Part shown: piece by piece, positions 1 to 21,134 of the stretch
Layout: the number at the start of each line of letters is the position of its first letter
Position numbering within the stretch: position 1 is the first letter of the stretch
Made by a program: the position numbers and the translations under genes
From: Eledone cirrhosa
Lineage: Eukaryota
Assembly (NCBI GenBank): GCA_964016885.1
Contig: CAXHJY010000162.1
Span: 1-64,000 of the forward strand
Direction of reading: 5' to 3'
Length of the DNA stretch: 64,000 bases
Notes under the pieces: model-generated
Databases searched by the model: none
What the model was told of the DNA's origin: nothing
What the model saw: the letters and a program-made list of their open reading frames with translations, nothing else

Positions 1-2475
<2,475 letters not shown>

Positions 2476-3186
2476 TTGCATGGTAGTGAGACCTGGGCGC
2501 TGAAGGTGGAAGACTTACGTAGATTAGAGAGAAACGAAGCCTGCATGCTCCGATGGATGTGTAACAGTAATATATGTGAACGACAAAGCATAAAGGAATT
2601 GAGAGAGAGACTGAGCATAAGAGGAATCAAATGCTGCGTGCAGGAGAGGCGGTTACGCTGGTATGGACATGTGATGCGTATGAAGGATGACAGCTGCATA
2701 AAAAGGTGCAGAGCACTAGAAGTTGATGGAAACCGCGGAGTGGGGAGACCCAAGATGACTTGGGATGAGGTGATAAAAGCCGACCTTACCCAACTACACC
2801 TCTCAAAGTCAATGACACACGACCGTGACTTCTGGCGTCACGCAGTAATACAGGGTACCCGACCTCCCATGGGTACATGCTGAAGCATATAAACAATATG
2901 CCCCCCACCCCCACCGCAAGGTGGCCGTGGAGGTGCCACGGCAAAAAAGCACCCAGCCCACACTGTAAAGTGGACGTGTAGGCGCCACGAAAAAGCACCC
3001 AGCACTCACTGTAAATGAGGTTGGTGTTAGGAAGGGCATCCAGCTGTAGAAATCAAGCCAGATCAGTTCCTGTATGAGCAAGGCATGGTCAGCCGACCAG
3101 ACACTGCCCACAACAGGACAACCCGTCTAACCCATGCTAGCGTGGAAGAACGGACGTAAAACGGTGATGATGATGTGATGATGATA
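2476..3186 (+). mobile_element. 5'-truncated RTE-clade LINE 3' fragment with (GAT)n tail
   Basis: ORF 2476-2883 (HGSETW..LRWMC..RLRWYGHVMR..GRPK.TW) is an RT C-terminus; 3' UTR 'ggttggtgttaggaagggcatccagctgtaga' and gatgatgat tail shared with other copies in the window. Confidence 0.9.
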
Positions 3187-8679
<5,493 letters not shown>

Positions 8680-8766
8680 CCCAAAAAAATGTATACACAC
8701 TGATTACCTGTTCAGGCAATATTTATTAGAATGCTGTCGAAGTGTGTATAAATATTTGGGACAGCT

Positions 8767-8815
<49 letters not shown>

Positions 8816-8821
<6 letters not shown>

Positions 8822-9026
8822 GGAATAGAATGAAACGAAATTTCATTTCTCACTCTTTGTACGGCACTTACTTAAATGTAAGTATGTATGTATGTATACG
8901 TACATACATATATGTATACAGACGTACAGTAGTATGTATATATATACATACATGCACACATATATATATATGCATGTATCGGTTTACCGAACATTTAATA
9001 TAATGCTTGGTTTGTTTGTTTGCGAA
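8816..9026 (-). repeat. Fragment of hammerhead family A repeat (ribozyme part absent)
   Basis: 'aaatggaatagaatgaaacgaaatttcatttctcactc...' matches copies at 37.5-38.4, 49.1-49.65 and 53.3-53.8 kb. Confidence 0.75.
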
Positions 9027-9179
9027 GTAAACTTAATCTGGCCATACATACATGTGAACACTCACATGCCCTCTCTCTCTCACACACACATGCACACTGA
9101 CACGCCCACACTCATGACCTCACATACACGCACTCCCATCACACTCACATGGCCAGATTGTTAAGAAGTTTACTTCACA

Positions 9180-9305
9180 ATTATTAGATTCTGGGTTCAA
9201 TCCCACGGTGAGACATCTTTGGAAAGTGTCTCCTACAGTAGCCTTGGCTCAACATATGCCTTGTGAGTGAAATTGGATAGACAGAGACTGTTTGGAAGCC
9301 TATGA
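9180..9305 (+). mobile_element. Degenerate tRNA-derived SINE (CORE-like)
   Basis: B-box-like 'gggttcaatccc' followed by 'ctttggaaagtgtc...gccttgtgagtgaaattgg'. Confidence 0.5.
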
Positions 9306-9649
9306 GATGGACTACTGAATCTTGCTGAGAATTACGTTAAAAGTACACATGTCAATAGTCACGTGCACTATAATGCAAGATGGACTGTATCTGAAATTCA
9401 AAGGGCCAATCATGTCACACACAGTCAAGATGAATCTCCCTGAGAACAACTTTAAGGATACATGTCTGTGGAATGCTCAGTCACTTGCATATTAATATCA
9501 TGAACAGGCTGTTCCATTGATCAAACAATTGGAACACTCATAGGTCCATTCCATGTTATGTAAGCAATAAAGAACTGAAAGGGGCCTTAACTCCTGTTGG
9601 GGTCGTAAGGGCTACAGTCCTGACATATGGCATGTCTTCGAAAGAACCC

Positions 9650-9850
9650 TTAACCCGTTAACATTTACATTACTCTATATATACTACTATATTTTCATGG
9701 TAAAGGCTTTATCTCACATAATATCTCACCTATGAGATTTTGAGAACAATACCTTAATATCAGTATGAGTGGCCAGTTACAGCCAGTTTGAACAGAAAGA
9801 GGTGAGAGAATTCTGGCCGGATACGGTCGGTTTAAATGTTAAAGCGTTAA
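9650..9850. mobile_element. TTAA-flanked MITE (piggyBac-like), diverged copy
   Basis: Inverted-orientation homologue of 20042-20269; ends ttaaccc...gcgttaa. Confidence 0.7.
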
Positions 9851-9934
9851 ACCCTGATGGAGTCGTAAGGAGCACAATCCTCACACACAGCATGCTATGG
9901 ACATTTTAAAACTGGCCAATCACTCTCAAGGTCG

Positions 9935-10145
9935 GAACACAGCCAATTTCTTCCAGAGAAAGGTATAAAGAAAGATAGAGTGAGAGGAAGAATCGACCCC
10001 ACATGACTGGTACTTTCTTATTGACCTTGAAAGGATGGAAAGCAAAGTTGACCATGACAGTATTTGAAATCACAACACAATGAGACAAAACAAATACTGA
10101 GGCATTTTTAATCAAACACTGTAATGACTCAACTAATTAACTGCA
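9935..10145 (-). mobile_element. Diverged tRNA-derived SINE (Nin-domain-like)
   Basis: 'tggtactt..ttgacc..gaaaggatggaaagcaaagttgacc..atttgaa' matches young copies such as 46422-46604. Confidence 0.7.
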
Positions 10146-10846
10146 TGTAAGAAATGACCACACAGATTGCACAGCTGGATCTAGATTTGACTAATAGAGA
10201 ATCACACTGTAAATTAGATTAGAGGTGTGCAGGAATAGCATATGAGTAATCATAATCCAAAGGTTACAAACTTCTAAGATGATTTAATGCAAATGTTCAT
10301 CAGGGGTGGGGAATCTGTCAAAGTTCATGCTAGCATGGGTTGGGCCTTGCAAGGACCTGAGAGTTGTTTCATCTCTCTGTTTCTTCAGATTTAGCCTGGA
10401 GGGAGGTATGTGGTTTGCCATCCTCTTATGCTGCTTGCATAGGAAGGTAAGTTCTCTGTATTACAGAACTACAATATCGGCAGTTTTCTTGACCCTGGGT
10501 CATCTCCTTTGTGAAGTTCAGCTGCATGAGATCAGCCTTCACCACATCACCCCAGGTTTGTATAAAGAATTGTATTACTTAGTTTTACAAGGGTGGGAAA
10601 TATACTCTCATCGTCAATCAGATACCAGTCCTTCAGTGACAAGGCTTAGTCAATCCTACCTCGCCAAGAAGTCATCCCTCTGGAATTCTGATCATATAAA
10701 TGTTTTCCTTTAGCTATCACCTTATCAACTTGTTGCTGTTGAAAAGAATGTTGATAACCATAAGTACACAGCCCTTTTCTACAGAGAAATACATTTAAAG
10801 AAAGAGAGAGAGAAAGAGCTAAATGAAAAATAATAAAAGAACTTAC

Positions 10847-10927
10847 CTGCAATTGATCAAAGGCACTGTAACGACGATATATGATGTTAGTAGACCCATC
10901 ATTCCAGGTAACACTAATTAAGTACAC
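10847..10927 (-). CDS. SH3PXD2: SH3 and PX domain-containing protein 2 (Tks5/Tks4-like), coding exon 2 (PX domain)
   Basis: 81-bp phase-0 exon VYLISVTWNDGSTNIIYRRYSAFDQLQ, acceptor tttctctcttattgcAG, donor GTAAGT; resembles Tks5 PX (VYIINVTWSD..IYRRYS.F..LQ). Confidence 0.9.
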
Positions 10928-11035
10928 CTGCAATAAGAGAGAAAATAAAGTAACATGAAAATACCATTATAGATTGACACCCCAATGACTGACTGCACCA
11001 GTTGTAGCAACATGATTGATTGATGTATATATAGC

Positions 11036-12288
11036 ACGGCCTAGAGTCAAAAGGACTTAAAATTAACCTGGCTAAGACCAAAGTTCTAGTTTGTAGGAAA
11101 GAAAACAAAGCGGCGGTCCCTTCTGGGAAATGGTCGTGCTCGGTGTAGGAAAGGCGTAGGTAGAAACTCCATTTTATGTCCTAAATGCAAAGTATGGGTG
11201 CATAAAAGATGTAGTGGGATCACAGGTAAGCTAACTAAGAACATAGATTTTACATGTGGCCGGTGTTCTGGTGCAATAAGTAGCAGCAAGTGCCCACAAA
11301 ATACTAGCTCTTTCAATTGCGCCGAGGGTTCTATAGAAATAGTGGACAGCTTCCGTTACCTGGGCGATAAAATCAGCAGTGGGGGAGGGTGCTCTGAAAG
11401 TACTGTAGCTAGAGTCAGAACTGGTTGGAAAAAGTTCAGAGAGCTTATACCACTATTAGCTGCTAAAGGGTTCTCCCTAAAAATGAAAGGCAGGTTGTAC
11501 GATGACTGCATACGAACAGCAATGTTGCATGGCAGTGAGACCTGGGCATTGTGTGCAGAGGATATACGCAGACTAGAGAGGAACGAAGCTTGCATGCTCC
11601 GCTGGATGTGTAACAGTAATATACGTGAACGGCAAAGCATAAACGAACTAAGGAAAAAATTAGAGATAAGAGGGATCAGATGTTGTTTACTCGAGAGAAG
11701 GCTACGTTGGTATGGACACGTGATGCGCATGAAAGTCGATAGCTGTATAACAAAGTGCAGGGCAATAAAGATAGACGGTAGCCACGGAATAGGCAGACCT
11801 AGAAAAACCTGGGACGAGCTGATAAACTCCGACCTCACACACTTACACCTCTCCAAGACAATGTCACTGGACCGAGACCTTTGGCGGTACTCAGTAACAG
11901 AGAAGACCCGCCTTGCCAGTAGGAATCTCTAACAAAATACACCCCGTCCCGCCACCACCCCCACCCCATCCACACCACCCCGTTCTATGTAAAGTTATGT
12001 TGGTACCGCGCCATCCAGGCCGAAACAAATGAGATCGTGTAGGTGTCACGACAAAAAAACACACAGTCCACGCTGTAATGTGGCCGTGTAGGCAACACGG
12101 TAAAAACCTCCCAGACCCACACTGTAAATGTGGTTGGTGTTAGGAAGGGCATCCAGCTGTAGAAAACCTGCCAGACAGTCCTATGCGAGCAAGACAATCA
12201 CTCTTGCCTCAAGTGGGACTACCCCCGTCCAAACCCATGCAAGCGTGGAACACGGTCGTTAAACGTTGATGATGATGATGATGATGAT
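11036..12288 (+). mobile_element. 5'-truncated RTE-clade LINE with Cys-rich insert in RT
   Basis: GLESKGLKINLAKTK, C..C.KGVG.NSI.C..C..WVHKRCSG (frameshifted), FRYLGD, HGSETW, RLRWYGHV; (GAT)n tail. Confidence 0.92.
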
Positions 12289-12379
12289 ATGTAAGGACCC
12301 GTAACACCTGATGGAGTTGTAGGGTCGCTGTCCTGTCATGTCTTGAGTATTTTTATACCTGGTGGAGCCCATCCCCTCT

Positions 12380-12590
12380 CCAGGGCTGAACAGCCAATTT
12401 CTTCTAGAGAAAGAAAGTGAAAAAGAGATATAGAGGAAGAATCGACCCCAGTACTGGATTGGTACTTTTTTATCGACATCAAAAGGATGAAAGGCAAAGT
12501 TAACCTTAGCAGGATTTGAACTCAGAGAGCCAGAATGAATACCACAAATAATTCTATCTGACTTTCTAACGACTCTGCCAATTCGCCACC
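12380..12590 (-). mobile_element. tRNA-derived SINE (Nin-domain-like)
   Basis: Head ggtggcgaattggcag, B box gagttcaaatcc, 'ctttgcctttcatcc' core on minus strand. Confidence 0.8.
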
Positions 12591-14869
12591 TACAGGGTTA
12601 GATCATAGATATAAATATAGGTTGAACAACAACATAAGCATTTTAAGGCCATTTTCCCTACTAAAACAGGGGTTAGCATTGTAGGGGTCCATGACAAGCT
12701 TCTCCATTTTTCCCTATCATCTGCTTCCTGCTACTTCATCAATCCTCTTTCATTCGTTTTCCCCTCCTCCATCTTTAGCTATATCTTTCTTGGTCTTCCC
12801 CTTCCTCTACTTCCTTCCAGATTCATTTCCATCACTCATCTCACCCAGTCACTTTCACTCTTCCTTAACACATGACCCAACTATCTCATTTCATTTCTTT
12901 TTACAACCTTCATCACTGGCTTTGAATAGAGCCAGCAGTGAAGGCTGTTAATTTTTCTTCTTCAACACATGTCTCAATCATCTCATTCCATTTCTCTTCA
13001 CTGACTATTCCCATAAATCGTATCATTTCTCACACATACAGCATACACCTTCCCCCTCAGTTTCATCAATACTCCCTACCTCATTAGTCCCCACCACCAC
13101 CACCACTCAAATCTCTGAACTACTTTCATGTACATCCCACTCTAGATACTATCACAGAGTCTGATTCACCCTTTCCATTTAACAACTCCTGGATAACAAA
13201 ATGTTCCAGGAAAAAATATAAGTTGAAAACCAGGGAATAATTTCAGGCAAATATGTGAAAGTATAAATAAATTAAGAAAAATATTGGTTGGTATATGAAG
13301 AAAATATAGGCTGATAGAAAAATATAAACCGTGATGGGGGAGTATTGATTTTAAGAGTAAAGAACTTAGTGGTGTGGATATGATAATGATAGAGGAAACT
13401 TGTAAATCTCCTAGCAACATCCCACTGTGATGCTGTGAGCAGAATATATCATTGAGACTCACAGAAGAGATGAGGAAGGAATGTGATGAGTGGAGAAATG
13501 CTGTGCTGGAAAGAACCGGTCCAACCCATGCAAACGAATGTGGAAAAACAGCCATAAAAAAATGACGATGATGACTCGATGATGAAATAAAATGAAAACC
13601 AAAATAGAAGTTTAGAGAGCAAACAACAAGAAAACTGGACCATTAATTATTAAGGTCAACATTTTTACTAAACTGCCTGCCATACAGCTGTACCAGAAAC
13701 ATTTATGTCACCTGACATGGTTTATGCTAATATTTGAACTCTATAACGACTGACTGGTTGAAGTTATGCTGTTGATGGAAGTTTAGTTGCATTGCTACTG
13801 GTGACAGATGGATTGTTGTTGTAGTGAGGAATTCGAAAGAAAAAAATAAATGTTATTTTAAAAAAAAATGGTAATGAGAATGTTGACTGTTATAGGAAGA
13901 GAGTGCTGGTACAATGATGATGTAGGATGAGAGTGGTGGTTATAGGATGACAGTTGTGGAACAATAGTAACAAAATGGTGGCTATGGTCTAAGTATGAAT
14001 CTATGTATGGACCCATAACTCCTGGGGGAATCGGAGGGGCACTGCATTTACATATGGTGTATTGAGGGCATTTTTTAAAACATGACAAAGCTTATCTCCT
14101 GTCCAGGTCTGAGTATAACAGATTTATTTCAGAGAAGACTTGGGAGTGAGAGGATGAGAAAGAGATATAAAAGAAAAATCAACCCCAGTACTTGACTTGT
14201 ACTTTTTTTTATTGACTTTGAATTGATGAAAGACAAAGTTGACCTTCATGGGTCATACTTATAGTAAAATTAGTGTTGCCACAAATAAAACAGTTGGGTT
14301 TAACAAAAACCCAGCTCACCTTCCCTTCCCATTTTGCAAACAGCAATATTGTTAGAAACAGGCTCCCAACGAGTCAGCTTTTGGTTTACTTAAAGGTTTT
14401 TATAAACTCAAAGCTATGGTATCAAACACTTGCCCAAAATGCCACACAGTAGGAGTGAAACTGGAGTCACAGGGTTACAATACATACATCTTAACTACAT
14501 CATGCTTGCAGCCACCACAACCTCACAACAGCTACTACCACCTCAATCTTACAACAGCTATTACCACCACCACACTCTTACAACAGCTAAGTATATTACA
14601 ACCTCACAACAACTACCAATACAACAAACTCACAACAGTCACCAATACTACAATACACACAAAACAGTGAAACCACTGTATGTTATGGGTACATGTGTCA
14701 AGATGGATGGTACCAGTAATTCATCTACTGGGTTTTATCACATTAACTTAAGGTCAATATTAATTTGTACAATCTGGGGTCACCAAATGACTTTATCAAC
14801 CATTTCCTATAAATGCTCTGGTCAATACAAAACTAAACTCAACACAGCCATAATCACAACCATCACTAC

Positions 14870-15210
14870 CCATAAAAAGACCCCCTTCAGTCACGAATGA
14901 CTAAGAGATTTGCACCTAGAATGTTTCCCTGCCGCAACACAAGACTGAGCAAGCTGTTTTTTATGGAAGATCAACTGTTACCCATACATACCAGTCTCCC
15001 CTCTCCATGTCACTAATGTTGCCCAAGGGAAAGGCAGAAGCCAATAGAGTTTGGCAGCAGAGACGCTGCAACTGATTTCTACAGCTGAGTGAACTGGAAA
15101 AATGTGAAATAAAGTATCTTGCTCAAGAACACAACATCACCCGGTCCGGAAATTGATCTCACAACCTCACGATTGTGAATTCAATACTCTAACCCCTAAG
15201 CCACGTACCT
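14870..15210 (-). mobile_element. Degenerate tRNA-derived SINE (Meta/CORE-like)
   Basis: Minus strand 'gtggcttaggggttagag...gagatcaatttcc...gttgtgttcttgagcaagatactt'. Confidence 0.55.
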
Positions 15211-15300
15211 GTTCTACCCATAAAATCCATCCTATTCCGTATTGCATACCCATAAAGCATAACTGATTAAACTATTGTATCTGCCTTAAAAATACATATA

Positions 15301-15834
15301 TGAGGGGGCTTCAAAAAGTTTGTGGAAAAAGTACATAGCTAAAAATTATATGCAAGAATTTTGATCTCAATGCATCTGTATGTTCTCGTACTAACGTGTC
15401 ATAACATGTTCTAACATGAACCCTTAAATCCATGTTGCAACACGGTGGTTCCAGTTGGAAGTCAACATGGCCTCCATCAAAACATCAAATTCATGGTAAA
15501 GCTAGGGTGGCAGAGCAGCCAAATCATTGACACTCTGGGGCAAGTTTATGGGGACAATTGCCCAAAGAAATCAACAACCTACAAATGGATAAGTCGTTTT
15601 AGAAGTGGAAGAGATGAGGGTGAAGATGATGCTCAGTTGAAGATGTAAAAACAGCTGCTTTGACATGGTTTAAATCACATGGCTCTCAGTTTTACACAGA
15701 TGGACTTAAAGGCTGGTATCAACGCTTGCAGAAGTGTACTGACCTAGATGGAGCATATGTTGAAAAATAAACATCATAACTTAAACCGTTTTTTCCAACT
15801 ATCCGTTTCCCACAAACTTTTTGATGCCCCCTCA
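15301..15834 (+). mobile_element. Internally deleted mariner element
   Basis: TIRs tgagggggcttcaaaaagtttgtgg / cccacaaactttttgatgccccctca flanked by TA; HTH (NIKFMVKLG..YGDNC..YKWISRFRSG) fused to C-terminus (FYTDGLKGWYQRLQKCTDLDGAYVEK). Confidence 0.9.
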
Positions 15835-16738
15835 TATAAGTAAACAAAGAAAGCACATATAAGAAATTGAAAAATTGAATTAGAAGATTTCACTGTAACT
15901 TTAACTAAATAAAACAGTCTAATAATAATGGTGTATAAGCTCACTAATGGAAAAAGATGCCTATCTTTTACCATTCGCTGGGTTTATGTGCCCTGTTATT
16001 ATTATTAGACTATTATTTGACTATTTTATTTGGTGAAAGTTACAACAAAATCTTCTAATTCAATTTTCATACATAAACATTTGTATTCAATATGAAGAAA
16101 TGGCAAATTGTTAAAATGTCAGATAGAATGCTTCATAGTATTTGTTTCAGATCTGTGATTTCCGTTTTCCAATCGTTGAAGTCAACTTTGCCTTCCATCC
16201 TTTCAAGGTTGCTAAATAAAGTACCAATCCAGTACTAAGATCTATCTTTCTTTCATCTATCTCTGGAAATAATCAACAAGGGTTTCATCAGGTTTAGAAT
16301 GTCCAAAACACACCATGTATCATAACAGTGACCCCAACATAGATGTCACAAACGGCACCCAAACAAAAATAAGTCACAAAACACTAAAAATACAAGATTC
16401 CAAAATATAAACCAGCAGCACAAAACATTAACATAATGAATGTAAACTTACCAGCACCATCATCACCAGCCAAGTTATACACTGCCATTACATTAATCCA
16501 ACAGAGAGTGAAACACTGACTGGGTGACATGCAAACATTAAGACTGAGTGAAACTCACAACACAGAGTGAAATATGACTGAATGACATTCCAACACACAC
16601 ACACAGAACATCCTTGTAGAGACACCAACACTTAGAGGTGGGATTATATATATAACTAAATTCTTTTTACATTACATATGCATCAACATACAACACCAAG
16701 CTTACTACAATAACTCTTCTAAAGACATCACTTTCTAT

Positions 16739-17245
16739 TTAACCCTTTCATTACCATGTTTCTAACGAAAGACATTGCTGCCTGCGTCTTTAACCCTTTC
16801 ATTACCATATTTCTAATGAAAAATACTGCCTATGTCTTTAACACTTTACTAAATTTATAATGAAAGATACTGCTTATGTCTTTAACACTTTCATTACCAT
16901 ATTTCTAATGAAATTCATTGCCTATATCTTTAAACCTTTCATTACCATATAGCTAATGAAACACATTGCCTGTGTCTTTAACCCTTTCATTACCATATTT
17001 CTAATGAAAAATATTGCCTATGTCTTTAACACTTTACCATGTTTATAATGGAAGATATTGTTTATGTCTTTAACCCTTTCATTACCATATTTCTAATGAA
17101 ATACATTGCCTGTATCTTTAACCCTTTCATTACCACATTTCTAATGAAACACATTGCCTATGTCTTTAACCCTTTCATTACTATATTTCTAATGAAATAC
17201 ATTTGCCTGTTTCTTTAACCCTTTCATTACCACATTTCTAATTTT
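16739..17245. repeat. Minisatellite, ~48-bp unit, about 10-11 copies
   Basis: Unit ttaaccctttcattaccatatttctaatgaaatacattgcctatgtct. Confidence 0.92.
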
Positions 17246-17454
17246 AATTTTGAAAATCACCAAGAATTGTAAGTTTTTAAATAAATATAAACATTTTAAA
17301 ATAAACAGTTTTTATTACAGAACCAGGTACTGTTTCAGATGGTTTGATATCAATACCCCTAACTACCTACCAGTCATGAAACAGTTTCCCAACTAATCAC
17401 CAACTGCTGGTATAAATGCTAAAGGTAAATGTTTTATTATTTCACCCATCTCTA

Positions 17455-17640
17455 GGGTGATGGATTGGCAGTAATCATTAGAGTGTCGGACATCTTTGTA
17501 GCATAAAGTTACGGCCCTTTACATTCTGAGTTCAAATTCCGTTGAGGTTAACTTTGCCTTTCATCCTTCCTGCAGTCAATTTAATTGATTTTCCCCTCAC
17601 AAAATTGTTAGCCTTGTGCCTAAATCAGAAACCATTATTA
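17455..17640 (+). mobile_element. tRNA-derived SINE (Nin-domain-like)
   Basis: tggattggcagt..ctgagttcaaattcc..ttgcctttcatcc..gccttgtgcctaa. Confidence 0.8.
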
Positions 17641-18181
17641 CAGCCATCTCAACTAGAAATAACCACACCTTGGATATACCTCATTGGCCATGGTCCCCAT
17701 CTCTAAGACAGGTGTTATGAAGTTCTCAGGTGAGGGAACCACAGAAAACAAGCAATTCACAACTGTTTTTAACAATATATTCATTCAAAACACAAAGTCA
17801 TAGAAAAAACATTAATTTCATTTTCAAAATTTAAACCAAACCTATCAACTAACAACTACCCTTAAAATTAAAATAAAAAAATACAATTACTCCTTTCTTG
17901 CTAAATCTCAAAGTGTGTATTGCAAGTCAGCTTCCGGTAGCATTCTTATTTTTATGACTTAGCCAAACGAAGAAGAGTACTATACACATCTGTATAAGTG
18001 AGACTGATGTGGTTGGTGTTTACTATTAAACTTCAACAAGCTAAAAAGCATGTAAGAAAAATAAGGGCTGGAAGAGAGTTAAAGGGGTAAACAGTAAATA
18101 TTTTAATAAGGCTACTCAGCCGATGTGTACTTAAGAAAATATTATATATTTTCAACCGTTCAACAGACTGGCAGAGGTATA

Positions 18182-18222
18182 CAGTCCTGATGAAGGGTAA
18201 TGACCCAGAAACATGTTGATTG
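18182..18222 (+). ncRNA. Minimal type I hammerhead ribozyme motif
   Basis: cagtc CTGATGA a gggt aatg accc a GAAA c at g TT gattg: stem I cagtc/gattg, stem II gggt/accc, palindromic ACATGT at stem III, GUU triplet. Confidence 0.7.
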
Positions 18223-18714
18223 CCCCTCAAAGCCCAGTGTTGAACAAACAGGTGACAATTGGTCACTGGCACGGCACAGCTTCAAATCAAGTCATTTGTT
18301 TACAAACAAATCGAACATTATTATTATTATTATTATGAGTGAGTGAGTGAGTGAGTGAGTGAGTGAGTGAGTGCGCACGCTTTTATGTATCAGTTGTGCT
18401 GCTGGGTGAGAAATAAAATTCTAATTTTATTTTTTATTTTAATGTAGAATCAACAGGAAAAGAAAAACAGTATGGATGACAAGCTGAAAAGAGGTAAGGG
18501 TGCTGGGTGAGCCTGGGAAGAGGAAGTAAGCAGCTTTATAGTTGAGAGGAACATAAGCTGTTGTAATAGCTATAGAAAAACAAAAACAGTTCAACAGTGA
18601 GTCAAATGGAGGTTGTTGAATGTTAGTGAGTAATAGGCAATCTGAGAAATGGATTCAGTTTACGAAGTTTGTGTTACAGCAGTATTCCATATTTCTATGT
18701 GAGTGAGTCACACT

Positions 18715-18990
18715 TGACAATGGATCAAATTTGGGCTTTCTAACACTATCTCATATATATATACATGAGTAAACAATATTTGACAATGGATCAAATTTGA
18801 GCTTTCTAGCCTGAAATATTCCCTTTTACAGCACTATCTCATATGTATACGTGAGTAAACAATATTTGACAATGGATCAAATTTGAGTTTTCTAAGCTGA
18901 AATATTTCCTGTTACAGCACTATCACATATGTGAGTGAACGATACTTGACTATGCATCAAATTTGAGCTCTATAGGCTGGAGTATTTCCT
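18715..18990. repeat. Diverged tandem repeat, ~65-87-bp units, 4 copies
   Basis: Recurring 'ttgacaatggatcaaatttgagctttcta'. Confidence 0.8.
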
Positions 18991-20041
18991 GGACTTGAAG
19001 GAGCTTGGTCTTTGACACTCAAAGATAAAAGATAAAGGATAAAAGATTTGTAGCAAGGGTTAAATTGTGTGTTATTCTTGCTTAACTCTTTTGTTACTAT
19101 ATCTATATTAAAATACACAGCCTATAATTTTTTGATTAATTTTGAAAATAAGCAAGAATTTGGAGAGACTTAGTAATATAATTAACTCATATTATCAAGC
19201 CGGTGTCTGGAAGAAAGGTTCTCATATAAAATTAGAATGGAAAGTTTTTAGATGAATATAAGCAATTTTGTATCATAGAACCAGGGTTGATTTCAGGTGG
19301 TCATTGAAAGAAATCAGGTTGCCTTATTGTTGTTGGGGTATATTTTCAGATTCTCTATTCGAGTGTGGACACAGATAGTACAGGTACAAGGTATGTGGGC
19401 TTCATGAATAACAGGTGGATATGGCAGATTAGAAAAGCATGACAAATGTTAGCTTGTACTAAAGAATGTTTGTTGTTAAAAGTAACAGCAAATAGAGCAA
19501 GGCAATCAATAGAAATACTGAGAAAACAGCTTTATATCAAACCTACCTTACACATGAGCAATACACAGTTAAAGCTCCCAAACTCTACAAATGCTAGGCC
19601 TCAAAATCTTTTATCTTTTATTGTTGGTATTAGAATTTCTGTATTAGCCAAAACAAAGATGTGAGTTTTTTCCACAGGTCTCTCTCTCATCTCATTAAAG
19701 AATTATGAGAGGTTTGGTGAAATTACTTTCAACTTGATAATTATTTCCAACATTGGCACAAGGCTAGCACTTTTTAAGGGGGGGGGGGGGTCAATTAAAT
19801 TAACTCCCAGTACTTAATTTTATTGACTTCAGAAGGATGAAAACCAAAGTTGACCTCAGTAGGATTTGAACTCAGAACATAACTCAGTCCACATTGAAAA
19901 TGTGGTTGGCGTTAGGAACGGCATCCAGCTGTAGAAACCAAGCCAGAAACAGTTCTCTATGAGCAAGACATAGTTACCTGACCTGGGTTGTCACACAACG
20001 GAACAACTCATCTAACCCATGCTAGCGTGGAAAAATGGACA

Positions 20042-20269
20042 TTAACCCTTTAGCATTTAAACCAGCCATATCCAGCCAGAATTTTCTCACCTCTTTCTAT
20101 TCAAACCGGTTGTAAACAGTCACTCATACCAACATTAAGGTATTGTTCTCAAAATAAATAATATTAAAATCTCATAGATTCAACATTATGTGAGATAATT
20201 ATGAAGATAAAGCCTTTACCATAAAAATACAATAGTATATATAGAGTAATGTAAATGCTAAAGGGTTAA
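20042..20269. mobile_element. TTAA-flanked MITE (piggyBac-like)
   Basis: TTAA-ccctttagcattta ... taaatgctaaaggg-TTAA terminal inverted repeats. Confidence 0.88.
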
Positions 20270-20409
20270 TGATGATGATAAAGAGCCAGAACTAAATATC
20301 ATGACTTTATTCAGTACTATCACGATTCTGCCAATCCTCCCTCACCCAACTTAATAAAAGACAAATATTTTCCTGAAATCTAATATCAAGTAGCCAAACG
20401 AATATATAC

Positions 20410-20712
20410 AATGGATATTTCATTGTTTTTCTATCCCCTACATTGGATATTTCCTCACACTTCTACACTCTACAAGGAGTATTTCATTGTATTTCTATCC
20501 CCTACAATGGCTATTTCCTTGTATTTCTACCCCTACATTGGGTATTTCATTATAGTTATACACCCTAAATTGGGTATTTCACTATATTTCTACCCCTAAA
20601 TTGGCTATTTCTTGTATTTCTACCCCTACATTGGGTATGTCACTGTATTTCTACCCCCTACATTGGTTATTTCTTTGTATTTCTTCTACCCATTACATTG
20701 CGTATTTCATTA
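20410..20712. repeat. Minisatellite, ~31-bp unit
   Basis: Recurring 'atttctacccctacattgggtatttcattgt'. Confidence 0.85.
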
Positions 20713-20908
20713 TGCACTTAAAGACATCACATTTAATTCTACATAATTAATTCATTAACAAACAGGAGATTTAACAAACTAGATATCAATGAGATTTGTC
20801 TCTCATCACTTTAGCACTAGGAAAATAAAATTAAGCCCCAATAAAATCCCTAGTAGTTAAGGGACATTTACAACATCTATATTCCCTCTGACATGTAAAA
20901 CATGTCTG

Positions 20909-21134
20909 TTAACCTTTTAGCATTTAAACTAGCTGTATCTGGCCAGAATTCACTTGCATCTTTCTGTTCAAACCGGCTGTAACCAACCACTCATACTTAT
21001 GCTAAGGTATTGTTCGCAAAATGAATAATATCAAAATCTCATAGATTCGATATTATGTGAGATAATGTGAAATAAAGCCTTTACCATGAAAATACAATAG
21101 TAAATATAGAGTAATGTAAATATTAAAGGGTTAC
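20909..21134. mobile_element. TTAA MITE, further copy
   Basis: Colinear with 20042-20269. Confidence 0.85.

Noticed and set aside
10646-10846. Extension of ORF 10933-10646 beyond the PX exon
   Set aside because: Read-through past the GTAAGT donor into intron; similarity ends at the donor
16739-17245. CRISPR-like appearance of regular repeats
   Set aside because: Contiguous units with no unique spacers; eukaryotic context
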